This document shows positions 47,212-59,541 of a DNA stretch of 64,000 nt, piece by piece (the stretch's first letter is position 1; every line of letters begins with the position of its first letter). The translations under genes were made by a program, and so were the position numbers. Origin of the DNA: Octopus sinensis. Taxonomy: Eukaryota. The notes beneath the pieces are model-generated. The model was not told the DNA's origin. It saw only the letters and a list, made by a program, of their open reading frames with translations, and ran no database searches. Location of the stretch: contig NC_043001.1 of the NCBI RefSeq assembly GCF_006345805.1, positions 30,132,001 to 30,196,000 on the forward strand, written 5' to 3'.

Positions 47212-47760
47212 CTCCTCATCCTCCTCATCTTCCTCCAATTCTGTTTCCGTTTTTTTGCTGAGTGTCTTCTTGACACCTATGGCAGAGAAAATAAACACGC
47301 CAAGTTGTCCATTTACAAAGTCATGTGGTAGAGAAAAAGGGGAAGAAAGACAGAGAGAAAAAATAAAAAACTAAACACGAGTGACAATGCTCTTCTCACT
47401 ATGTGTAACGTACCAGTTAAGACAATCTCTTGCACTTCCTGTATGGATGGTAATCCAGGGATCATTCTTAAATAATTTTCATTTCCTTTTTTAATCATTC
47501 CAAGTGTTCCTACAATCACTGGTATTGTAACCATCTTGAGATGCCATATCTTTTCTATTTCAATTAGCAAATCTTTATATTTTCTGAGCTTATCAAATTC
47601 TTTTGCTGAAATGTTATGGTCACAGGGTATTCTCATGTCAATCAATAAATAGACTTTATTGCTTTGGTCTTTCACAACAATATCTGGTTTGTTTGCTTTG
47701 ATGGTCTGATCTGTATGTACTGAGAAGTCCCAAAGAATAGTTACATTTTTCTCCCTCAGT
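47212..47760 (-). mobile_element. Non-LTR retrotransposon 3' fragment with restriction-like endonuclease domain (R4/Dong-like)
   Basis: VTILWDFSVHTDQTIKANKPDIVVKD...LLIDMRIPCDHNISAKEFDKLRKY...IPVIVGTLG; 3' UTR ends in a (GAG/GAT)n tract. Confidence 0.85.
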
Positions 47761-47994
47761 ACAAAGTACCCTTTGAAATATTTGTCTTTCCTTTGAGCAT
47801 TACTAATATAAATGAAATGAAATGGCTTCATCTGGAAAATCAAATTAAACTTGATTTGTTGGCAGCTAAGATTCCGACTTACCACTGCTCCTTGATATAA
47901 ATATAGCATTGAGTTCTGGTTGAACCAGTTCTAAAATATATATTTGTCTCTTTTTAGTATAATCTGTTTTATTTTTTTTTTGCACTGTTTTTAG

Positions 47995-48084
47995 TGTTGG
48001 ACTACTTGAATGCCTTGAAAATGTTCTCACTCTTCAAGATACTCTGCAAAAAGTTTTAGAAGAAAAGGAAAATTACATTATGGA
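47995..48084 (+). CDS. PRKDC: DNA-PKcs exon 18 in window (kinase hinge)
   Basis: ttttag|(R)VGLLECLENVLTLQDTLQKVLEEKENYIM+GA|gtaagt; resembles RLGLIEWLENTVTLKDLL; phase 2/2. Confidence 0.93.
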
Positions 48085-50562
48085 GTAAGTAATGTAAAAT
48101 CTTTTTTTGTTTTTTTTTTTCACTATCAATTTTAATTAATTTAACTGTTTTACATCATCATTTTAATTGATTTATGTATTTATTCCATATTAGCATTGAT
48201 TGAACAGATTTGTTCTAGCACAGAATCTCACCATTCATTGAATTCTTTTGTCATCTGATACACGCACAAGGAACACTACCAACTTTCTTTTTTGTATATA
48301 TCATGGATTTTGGTTGTGTGGTAAGAAACTTTCTTACCAACCACATGGTTCTGAGTTCAGTCTCATTGCGTGGCACTTTGGGCAAGTGCCTTCTACTAAA
48401 GCCTCAGGCCAACCAAAGCCTTGCAAGTGGATTTGGTAGACAGAAACTGAAAGAAGCCCATTGAATATATAATCTTAAGTTAAAAGAGACCCTTTTGACT
48501 GGAAACCAGAAAATGTAACTACAATTCAGGTTGTGATAGAGCTTGTAGGTTGTATGATGGATGCACAAAAAGTATTTTTACTTACTGGTAGTAATCTTTT
48601 AGGTGTTGCAGTAGTAGGTAAATGCTTTCCAGTTGGTAATACTAGTTGACTATCTCCAGATACTGCAAGCTGGAGGGGTTTTTTTGGTTTTTTTTCTTTT
48701 TTGCCTGTCTAACTTAAAGTGTATCACACAGTTTTGGGTTGATATCAGCTTTCATTGCATATGTATTAAGAAACATACTTAGGAAATTATCAGTCACCAG
48801 TTTAGTTGTATGAAAAAGCAAATTTTCTGCCAAGGAGTTTCAACTAGTTAGCTGTAGTAGAGAATGCAATGTGTCATGTCTTGAGCAGTCATCAAACGTG
48901 AAGTATATTACTTCTAGGCATTAGTCAATCTGATAAAATTTTCGATGATGATTGATAGATTTGGAGGTGAGAAAGAGCTCACCAACTGTTGGAAAGTTAG
49001 TATGTCGATCAGCAAGAAATGTAGAAGACATTAACCCTTTAGCATTTAAACCGGCCATATCCAGCCAAATGTATTCTGCCTGTTTTATGTTCAAACTGGC
49101 CAGATCTGGTCTCTCACACCAACCCTACAATATCGTTTTAAAAATTAACAGCTACCACATTAAAATCTCACAGCTACAAGATAATGCATGATTAGTTCAA
49201 AACAATGTGGATAAAAAGCATTAAATTTTGGCAGAATAATGCGAACACTAAAGGGTTAACTGATACGGGCAGTCAAGGGTGGCATATTTAGCCTCTTTGT
49301 CAACAGTTTTGGTATGGAAAAAGTATAAAAGTTAAGAGGAGTTGTGTTCAGTAAAGTCTCCAAGTTTGATGACTTCTGAGATTGCTGTCCTTAAAGCAAG
49401 ATAAGATATAAGATAATTAAACAACTGCTTGTAGATGCAAGAGGAGCTGAGAGAAGGATTGTAAATGAACTTAGAGAAATGAGGAAGACAGAATTTTAAG
49501 TAGGTGAGTGTAAGAGTAGATTCTATCAAAACACTGCCTTCCAGAGAGTATTTGAAATAGAGAATAAGACTTAGAATGGAATGAGATATGTAGTTTGCAT
49601 AGATTTTGGCATAGGAGAGGGGAAAATGTCCAGCAAATTGATTTTTTTATTGTGTTCAGTCTTTGAGAGGATGTAGAATTATCTTCTGTTATATTAGTGG
49701 AGAAAACTGTCCACCAGATAAGTAGTTTGATTCATTTCCCAATTATACACAATTCTTTTCTTTGTAAAACATATAATACCTTTACATTTTGTTATATTTC
49801 TCATCATCATCACTAACACCTGGATATCACTGTCTCAAGTTCTAGGACTGGTCACCCAGTTTTCAAAGTGTGTAAGAAGTATTTTTCTCAAGAACACCAC
49901 CCAATCCAAGAATCAAAATCACCCTAACCACCAGGCCATGTTTGTAATTTATATAATATATTTCATTAGATTATACTCAGCTCATTTTACCTCAACTTTT
50001 CAATAAAAAAAATTAATTTTAATTATATTTTGCTACTCCAGGCTACTGTATTTTGGCTACACATTACATAGAGCTTAGTATTTACATGGAAATTTACATG
50101 AAAATTAAACCATTATTTAATGAAAATTAACATTATTCAATTGTTTGTGGAATAATTTACAGTCTTCTTTTCATGTAGCTTGATTTTACATAAATGGTGA
50201 ACAACAAATGAATATTGTAGTTGTGATACCTGTGCTGGTGGCACATAAAATGCTCCATCCAAACGTGGCCGATGCCAGCACCGCCTTGACTGGCTTCCGT
50301 GCTGGTGGCACGTAAAAAGCACCAACCGATCATGGCCGTTGTCAGCCTCGCCAGGCACGTAAAAAGCACCCACTACACTCACGGAGTGGTTGGCGTTAGG
50401 AAGGACATCCAGCTGTAGAAACACTGCCAGATCAGACTGGAGCCTGGTGCAGCCTCCTGGCTTCCCAGACCCTGGTCAAACCGTCCAACCCATGCTAGCA
50501 TGGAAAATGGACGTTAAATGCAAGAATATTAAAAATTCAAACTAATTATCTTAAAATTTCAG

Positions 50563-50700
50563 GACAATTGAAAGACATAGAGAGTTTAAAAAGAAATATG
50601 TTGCATCAGGAATAATGAATATATTTAAGAAATGTAAAAAAACCGACGCTGAATTAGGATACCAAAGTATTTGTGCAAGAATACCACAGGATCTTTTAAG
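50563..50700 (+). CDS. PRKDC: DNA-PKcs exon 19 in window (kinase)
   Basis: tttcag|(E)TIERHREFKKKYVASGIMNIFKKCKKTDAELGYQSICARIPQDLL+AG|gttaat; IPQDLLR resembles VPADLLK; phase 2/2. Confidence 0.88.
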
Positions 50701-51058
50701 GTTAATAAATTGTTTCTTTTTCTTTATTTATTTATTAAATTATAGACTTTCTATATTTATTGTCAGATATTCCTTTTACTCTTTTTAAATTCAATGTTGT
50801 ACATTTTCATAATGTTAGAGCAATTTCACACTTGCCTGGTCTTCTTATAGTTAACCACTCCACTTTTATACTAACAATAATCTCTTCCTTTATAGGCACA
50901 AGGCCTGAAATTTTGTGTGAGTGCTTGATTTATTTTATCGACACTCAAAAGGATGGAAAGCAAAGTTGACTTCAACAGGAATCGAACTCAAAACTTAAAG
51001 GGCTAAGCATTTTTGTCCAACACATTAATGATTCTTCCAGCTCGCCACATCATCGGCG

Positions 51059-51785
51059 TCTTCTTCTTCTTCTTCTTCTTCTTCTTCTTCTTCTTCTTCT
51101 TCTTCTTCTTCTTCTTCCCCTCCTCCTCCTCCTCCTCCTCCTCCTCTGTTTCCATTTTTGGCTGAGTGTCTTCCTGACACCTAGAGCAGAGAAAACAAAC
51201 ACACCAAGTTGTCCATTTACAAAATCATGTGATGGAAAAAAAGGGGAAGAAAGACAGAGAAAAAAAAAACTAAACAAAGAAAATAAAGGGGGAAAAGGGA
51301 AAGAAAATTCACAGTAACAATGATTTTCTCACTATGTATGACATACCAGTTAAGACAATCTTTTGCACTTCCTGCATGGATGGTAAGCCAGGGATCATTC
51401 TTAAATAATTTTCAGTTCCTTTTTTGATCATTACAAGTGCTCCTACAATCACTGGTATTGTAACCGTCTTGAGATGCCACAACTTTTCGATTTCAATTAG
51501 CAAATCTTTTTATTTTCTGAGCTTATCAAATTCTTTTGCCGAGATATTATGGTCACATGGTATGCTCTTGTCAATCAATAAATAGACTTTACTGTTTTGG
51601 TCTTTCACAACAATATCTGGTTTAGTTGCTTTGATGGTCTGGTCTGTACATACTGAGAAGTCCCAAAGAATAGTTACATTTTCTCTCTCAGTTACAGCCT
51701 CAGGCTGGTGCTTGTACCATTTATCAGCAGTTTTGATTTTATAATGCTGACACATCCAGTGCAGATATGATTGATTGATTGATTC
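51059..51785 (-). mobile_element. Second R4/Dong-like 3' fragment
   Basis: YLHWMCQHYKIK..DKWYKHQPE...ILWDFSVCTDQTIKATKPDIVVKD...; one frameshift near 51505; ends in (GAG)n(AAG)n at 51059-51147. Confidence 0.85.
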
Positions 51786-52501
51786 TAGTTTCAGCTTATG
51801 AGCTGTGGCCATGCTGGGGCACCGCCATATCTTCAGTAAATCTTCAGTAAATAAGAACATATAAGTGCTCAATTGGCATTTATTTTATCAGCCCAGAATG
51901 GATGAAAAGCAAGGTCAACCTTGGCAAAAACTGAACTCAAGACATATAGACAGACAAAATGCCACTAACCATTCTGCCAGATTGCTGACTTAATAACAAT
52001 AATAGTAATAATAATTTCCAATATTTGCTGTATATAGTGTGAAGATCTCCTTTCATTGCACAATTTGTTTAAGCAGTACCAAATGAGATTTTTCTTTGAG
52101 GTATCATAAAAAGAGCAGTGATTACTTTTGTGCCCACTATTAGAAATATTTAATAGTGAGCATAAAAGTGTTTCTGTTGCCATTACCAGTGTTTTACTTG
52201 AGTATTCTAGAAACTAGAATTTATTGCTCCTTTCATTGTTGTTGCTTTTTTTTTTTTTTTTTTTTTTTTTTGTCTTTCCAGTTCTTTCAGTACATTCAAA
52301 AGAACTGGAAAGAGAACTAACCCTCTCCACTCAAAATTGCTTGCCTTGTCCCTAAATTAGAAATGATTATTGTTATAGACTGATTCAGAAAGTTTGATGG
52401 AGTTTTTTAATTTATCATTAAATTTTAAGAATTTAGATTATGATCTTAATATTATTGCATTCGATCTTCAAGCAAATTCATAATCTGTTCCTTCCATACA
52501 G

Positions 52502-52703
52502 GAAATCCTTCAAGAAAATGAGTACATCCCCCGAGGCCTTTCATGTGCTACGTACAGGTTTTACTATTTCCCATGCAGTTTTATGCATTTGTCATTACAT
52601 ACTGGGTGTTGGTGATCGACATCTAAGTAATTTGATGATACATCAAGGTACAGGACAAATGATCGGAATTGATTTTGGTCATGCTTTTGGTTCAGCAACA
52701 CAA
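52502..52703 (+). CDS. PRKDC: DNA-PKcs exon 20 in window (catalytic loop and DFG)
   Basis: atacag|(R)[67 protein letters not shown]|gtaagc; intact DRHxxN and DFG; phase 2/0. Confidence 0.98.
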
Positions 52704-55490
52704 GTAAGCTAAGAAATTTTGCTTTTTCTACCAATTTTATTTTCTAGAAGTATTTGAAAACCAGCATGAAAAGAAATAGCGTAAAATTGTAAGAGACTGT
52801 AAATGAGTGTAGAATAAGAGATATTGATGGATTAAAGAATGATCCTTTTTAATTTTATTTATAACAATTCTTTTTACTATTAAAAGAAACTCTCTTTACT
52901 CCTTTTACTTGTTTCAGTCATTTGACTGTGGCCATGCTGGAGCACCGCCATTTTTAGTCGAGAAAATTGACTCCAGGACTTATTCTTTGGAAGCCTAGTA
53001 CTTATTCTATCGGTCTCTTTTGCCGAACCGCTAAGTTACGGGGACGTAAACACACCACCTTCGGCTGTCAAGCGATGTTGGGGGGGACAAACATATACAC
53101 ACATACATATATATATATACATATATATGAAAGGCTTCTTTCGGTTTCTGTCTACCAAATCCTTTCACAAGGCTTTGGTCGGCCCAAGGCTATAGTAGAA
53201 GACACTTGCCCAAGGTACCACGCAGTGGGACTGAACCTGGGACCATGTGGTTCGTAAGCAAGCTACTTACCACACAGCCACTCCTACGCCTTAAGGAAAG
53301 AAGATGAAGAAAATAAACTGGAATAACAACAGAAATTTCTTGGAGCAAGAAAAAGAGTAGAATGTCTGAAATGCCGCATAAAACAACAAATAAGTTGGAA
53401 TGACAGCAAAAGACTGTTTAAAACAAGTGGAAACCAAAATCAAAATCAATCAACATCAATGGAAATTGTAGCTGTGATACCAGTGCCAGTGGCACACAAT
53501 AGAATCATCTGAACGTGGCCGTTGCCAGCGCCGCCCCGGTGGCACGTAAAAAGTACCATCCGATTGTGGCCGTTTGCCAGCCTCGTCTGGCACATATCAG
53601 ACTGGGCCTGGTGCAGCCTTCTGGCTTCCCAGATCCCAGTTGAACCGCCCAACCCATGCCAGCATGTAAAGCGGATGCTAAACGATGATGATGAACAAAT
53701 GGAGTGAAGTTTTTATTGATGAAATACATAGGACTATATTTCATTTTTGGATTTGGTTTGCTAGATTCTTTATATGAGTTCGTGTGTTGAAGCATATTCT
53801 GTTGTTTCTGGAGAGAGTCATTTTCTTTTTGTGCCTTATGATTTAACACACTCACCGGTAAAATTTCCACTTATTTCTTATTTTTATTTTCCTAAAATTT
53901 TCATTGTATCTTGCAACCTTTTCAATAGCCTTGACTCTCCAGTGAGTATGTTACATTATAAGGCACAAAAAGAAAATAACTCTCCCCAGACACAACAAAA
54001 TAGGACTATAGTTTGATATATAAGGATTATAGATCTGAATTTATGTACTATTGTAGTTATAATACGGTATATATATCATCATCATCATCGTTTAACATCT
54101 GCTTTCCATGCTAGCATGAGTTGGACGATTTTGACTGAGGGCTGGCAACCAGATGGCTGCACCAGGCTCCAATCTTGATTTGGCAGAGTTTCTACAGCTC
54201 GATGCCCTTCCTAACGCCAACCACTCCGAGAGTGTAGTGGGTGCTTTTACATGCCACCGGCACGGGGGCCAGTCAGGCAGTACTGGCAATGACCTCACTC
54301 GAATCCTTTTATACTTGCCACCAGCGCAGGTGCCAGAAGGCGATTTTGGTAACGATCACGCTCGAATGAGTTAACTGTGAATGTATGTTGAGTTGGGATT
54401 CGAAAGACAATACACTGGAATGATTTCATGTTTCCTTCTCCACAAAGTGAGATTTATTTGAATCTAACACTACACGTTAGGTAGTAACCCTAACAATTGC
54501 ACTGTTGATCTGTACTTCTAGGAATTAATTATTTAAATTCAGTTGAACAAAACCACTGAAAGTTAAGTGCCTACATTAGAAACACAGTGCAATGCTACTT
54601 AGCTTGTTCAGACTCTCTAACTACTTATTTTTACCAGGTAGAGTAGGTCAGAGCAAACAAGTACAATAATATAGCTTACCCAAAGTGGGTACCCTTTTCC
54701 TTCCCCTTGACATAGTGATAGCTGTCCCAAAACCAAGCCTTATACTTTTTCTCTAAAACTTTCAAACCTAGGACAAATCATCATCATCATCATTTAACGT
54801 CCGTTTTTGATGCTAGCATGGGTTGGACAGTTCGACCGGGGTCTGGGAAGCCAGGAGGCTGCACCAGGCTCCAGTCTGATCTGGCAGTGTTTCTACAGCT
54901 GGATGCCCTTCCTAATGCCAACCACTCCATGAGTGTAGTGGGTGCTTTTTACATGCAACCGGCACAGAAGCCAGTCAAGGCGGTGCTGGCATCGGCCACG
55001 TTCGGATGGTGCTTTTTACACAACTACAATTTCCATTGATTTTTGATGTTGATGTACTTCACTCAATAGGTCTCCTCAAGCACAGGGTCAAAACGGTGTT
55101 TCTTTACTTGTCACCTGCACAGGAGTCAGTCCAGCGGTACTGGCAACTGGTACTGGCCGGGTGCCAGTCATAGGATTTGGAATGTAAGAAATAATTAGTG
55201 GCACAATATCTGCTTGTGATCTCTAGATTTGTAGCCTCATAATGCAATCACTTTTTAAATATATGATGACGTTAGTTAAAAGGACAAATGATAGCTTTTA
55301 CACAATAACTACAACATGACTCAGCAACACAGGCGTAGGAGTGGCTGTGGGGTAAGTAGCCTGCTTACGAACCACATAGTTCCGGGTTCAATCCCACTGC
55401 GTGGCACCTTGGGCAAGTGTCTTCTACTATAGCCTCGTAAGTGGATTTGGTAGACGGAAACTGAAAAGAAGCCCGTCGTATATATGCATG

Positions 55491-55525
<35 letters not shown>

Positions 55526-55934
55526 ATGTTTGTGTGTCTGTGTTTGTCCCCCCCAACATCACTTGACAACTGATGCTGGTGTGTTTACGTCCCCGTAACT
55601 TAGCGGTTCGGCAAAAGAGACCGATAGAATAAGTACTAGGCTTCCAAAGAATAAGTCCTGAGGTCGATTTGCTCAACTAAAGGCGGTGCTCCAGCATGGC
55701 CACAGTCACATGACTGAAACAAGTAAAAGAGTAAGAGTAACTGCCCAAGTTAAGCATTGAACCTGCAAATCTCTTTATCATTTGAATTTATGCTTTTCTG
55801 TTTCTTTTGCAATATCTTCATGTCTTTCAGTTTGTTAATTAAATTTCTATTTACCAAAAATTATGTTTGTATTTACCAAATACTGCTTGTTTCTTGTATT
55901 TAATTCCATTGATATTTTCTCCATTTCCTTATAG

Positions 55935-56123
55935 TATTTACTAATTCCAGAGTTAATTCCATTCCGTCTTACTCGACAACTTCAAAATGTCTGCTTGCCT
56001 CATGGTACTAAAGGTACATTTGAAAGAACTATGGTGCACTGCTTGGAATCACTTCGATCTGATAAAGACCTGCTTATTCATACACTGGAGATCTTTGTTA
56101 GAGAGCCCTCTTTTGATTGGCTG
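55935..56123 (+). CDS. PRKDC: DNA-PKcs exon 21 in window (kinase C-lobe)
   Basis: ttatag|YLLIPELIPFRLTRQLQNVCLPHGTKGTFERTMVHCLESLRSDKDLLIHTLEIFVREPSFDWL|gtgaga; resembles PELMPFRLTRQ...FVKEPSFDW; phase 0/0. Confidence 0.97.
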
Positions 56124-56330
56124 GTGAGAAAATCTTAATTTCTTTGAAATATTTAAAAATATTTAGGGCTTATTTTATAAAGAATCAATAGTTAGCAGAA
56201 GGGAAGAGAGAAAAGGAAGATTAACTGGAGGAAAATTAAGTAGACAATAGAAGGTGAAGTTAAAAAAGGAAGAATTACAATAAAGGATCAAGGTGTCTCT
56301 TTTACAGCAATAAGTGATTGATTTCTTTAA

Positions 56331-56899
56331 CCCTTTCGTTAATGTATTTATTTTGAGATGTTCTGTATTTCTCTCAGTTATTTTAGATTTAACAAAGAAT
56401 TTTGTAAAATAACTTAGTTATCGTTAAACTGGTGTTAGGAATAGAAGACTTTTATAGATTCCATGGACAGCGAGGCTCACTAATGGAGAAGTTCTTAAGC
56501 AGATCAGGCCAAAAATGTCACTAGAAGCTAGGATCACCAAGCATAGATTGGCATATTTTGGTCATATTATGAGGAGAAAATCCCTGGAGAAGGGCATCAT
56601 GCTCGGAATGGTCAGTGGCAAGAGAGGAAGAGGCCAACCAAGAACCCGCTGGCTTGACACCATCAAGAGTGATACTGGAATGGACATAGCCAGTCTGAAA
56701 GAAGCGGCCCAGGATAGAACTGACTGGAGGACACTGATCCATGGAGTAACCGAGAGTCGACTTCGACTGAGCAGATAGATAGATAGGAATAGTAATTGTG
56801 ACTAAGGTTTAGTGGAAGATTCTAATTCAAAACTTATGAAAACAAGACATTTGCACTACAGAGCCAGAGCCGGTTTCAGCCAGGTTGGTATCAAAAGGG
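56331..56899. mobile_element. TTAA-flanked piggyBac-like MITE interrupted by a LINE fragment
   Basis: TTAA at 56327-56330 and 56900-56903; termini ccctttcgtt / atcaaaaggg. Confidence 0.75.
56445..56783 (+). mobile_element. RTE/BovB-like LINE 3' end (lineage C) with 9-bp TSD
   Basis: IPWTARLTNGEVLKQI...YFGHIMRRKSLEKGIMLGMVSGKRGRGQPRTRWLD...WRTLIHGVTESRLRL; (AGAT)n tail; TSD taggaatag at 56436-56444 and 56784-56792. Confidence 0.9.
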
Positions 56900-58831
56900 T
56901 TAAAGTTAGCAAAAGATTTACCTTAGTAGAAGTGAATATATGGACTGAAGTTACTTTAGTATATTAGTGATACCTATTTCTCTATTACCCACAAGGGGCT
57001 AAACATAGAGGGGACAAACAAGGACAGACATAGGTATTAAGTCGATTACATCGACCCCAGTGCGTAACTGGTACTTAATTTATCGACCCCGAAAGGATGA
57101 AAGGCAAAGTCGACCTTGGCGGAATTTGAACTCAGAACGTAACGACAGACGAAATACCGCTAAGCATTTCGCCCAGCATGCTAACGTTTCTGCCAGCTCA
57201 CCGCCTTAGTATTAGTGATACCTGTTCTATTGACAAGTAACAGGACAAAACTTCTTTTTATTTGCACCCCTTCATCATCATCATCATCATCATTTAGCGT
57301 CCGTTTCCATGCTAGCATGGGTTGGACGGTTCTACTGGGGTCTGTGAAGCCAGAAGCTTCATCAGGCCCAGTCAATCTGGCAGTGTTTCTACGGCTGGAT
57401 GCCCTTCCTAACGCAACCACTCCGTGAGTGTAGTGGGTGCTTTTTACGTGCCACCCGCACTGGTGCCAGACAGAGCTGGCAAACGGCCACGAACGGATGG
57501 TGCTTTTTATGTGCCACCGGCACGAGGGCCAGGCGAGGCTGGCAACGGACACGAAACGGGGCGGTGCTGGCAACGGTCGCGGTTCTCTTTACATATCCCT
57601 ATTATCATTCACTTTTCTATCTTCCATCATCCATGCTACTGTCATTCATGTTTTTGTCATTCTTGCCTTTATCACTCATGCTTCTAGAGCTCATGCCCCT
57701 ATGGCTCATTTCTCAATCACTCTCTTCTCACTCTCGATGTACTGTGCTACTGATATGACTATGGATAGCGCTGGACCTCTTCAGTTCACCATAAATTACT
57801 TTCAGTGTAACTAGGGACACCACAAGACCCTCTTTCCAACACTCACCCCTCCCTTTCATATCTTTATCACCCTAGCTCTCTCGCCATCTTCAGATATATA
57901 CATACAGGACCTTATTAGATTTGCATATACCCCTTACACTCTACCTACATTGCCCTCAATCATTTGGTATTGACATCCATCATTCATCCTCACCATTTAT
58001 CCATCTCCTGCTAGCAATCACTCTCTCACTGCTATCCTCTCTAGTGCTGGTGCCCTAATAAAATGCATCCATCACATTCTTATTTCTTTATTGCCCACAA
58101 GGGGCTAAACACAGAGAGGACAAACAAGGACAGACAAAGGGATTAAGTCGATTATATCGACCCCAGTGCGTAACTGGTACTTAATTTATCAATCCTGAAA
58201 GGATGAAAGGCAAAGTCGACCTCGGCGGAATTTGAACTTAGAACATAATGGCATACAAAATACAGCTACGCATTTCGCCCGGCGCGCTAACAATTCTGCC
58301 AGCTCGCATCCATCACATTCTGTTAAATGAAGGATTGAGGAGACCCATCTTATCAGATTAAGCCAAAGATGAAAATTGGAGTGAGGTGTGATCCTTCAAC
58401 TCATCTATAAGAGCAGCAGCAATGACTTATCCTACTTATACCTAAAGGAAAAGTTGATATAAAACAACGTTGGTGGTGGTGCATTTAGTTTCTTGTTGCA
58501 TCTCATGTCTTTATTTGTGCAATCATCTGATACTCCTAATCTGTTACCACTCTCTCGGCTCATATGTACTGTCTTTCATACATTTTGAACATATAAATCT
58601 TTTTGGAGACACTCAAGTGGAGTGAGGGCTCTTTAGCCTCACAGGATGCACCCATTAAAACTCTATGGTGGTTGGCAAACAAACAGATGCAATGTAAATC
58701 CAATAGCTCTAGAGCACCCTTTAGTCTTGTGAAGAACATGATAACTTTTCTAGTATTGGTGCCTCAATTAAATGCACCCAGTACAATTAGTAAAACAGTT
58801 GGTGTTAAAAAGGGCAACCAGCCATAGAAAC

Positions 58832-59250
58832 TGTAGTGAGGTACAAGAAGCCAGCACCATTTTGTACGAGATCTCACTGGTAGCCATTACCATGTCCGAA
58901 ACAGGAGCGAGATCTTGCCTGCAACAATTTGCCATGCACGAGATGACAGCAAGCCTCTCGTCAGCAACAACTAATTAAGCAGGAGAATTAAGACATTCTC
59001 TCTCTTTCTTCCTTCTCGCTTATGCTGAGAAACTCTGCGAAGCTGGCACCTCACAGCAGATTCTTAGCCCGCTCTAACTTCACCTGTTATTTCCAGAGGT
59101 AATGAACCTCATGTGAACGGAACTATAATGAACCACGCGCTGCCATAAAGATGGGAGTGAGCCACATGAACGCGAACTAAAAATAAACGACTATTGAATT
59201 GCACTCCACATGTAAACTTCTTCTTCGCGTTCCAGATCCTTAAGACTACA
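58832..59250 (+). mobile_element. Probable solo LTR, 419 bp
   Basis: TGTAGT...ACTACA terminal inverted hexamer; AATAAA about 70 nt before the end; flanks gaaac / gaaat (5-bp TSD with 1 mismatch). Confidence 0.65.
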
Positions 59251-59498
59251 GAAATACTTATAATGGGAGGAGATACTCCACAGGTATCACAAGCCTTCAA
59301 TTCCATTATAAAACCATACCAAAATGGAACAATCCTCTAACTGATCTTGTAGAGCTGTAACTCCAAATAGGAAGATGCTCAGAGGGTGATGATCCATCCA
59401 ACCCATGCCAACATTTGGAAAGCAGACATAATGATAATGATGATGATGATTTTATGATATACTGATGCTTACATCTTTTTGTTTTTTATTTTCCTTAG

Positions 59499-59541
59499 AA
59501 AAATGCTCGAAACAATATGCACAGAAAAGCACAAGATTTCA
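59499..59541 (+). CDS. PRKDC: DNA-PKcs exon 22 in window (43 nt, PRD region)
   Basis: ccttag|KNARNNMHRKAQDF+A|gtaagt; strong splice sites and the needed phase 0/1; weak sequence similarity. Confidence 0.8.

Noticed and set aside
50042-50080. Good-looking acceptor tgctactccag
   Set aside because: The required phase reaches TAG after 11 codons with no donor; the real exon starts at 50563.
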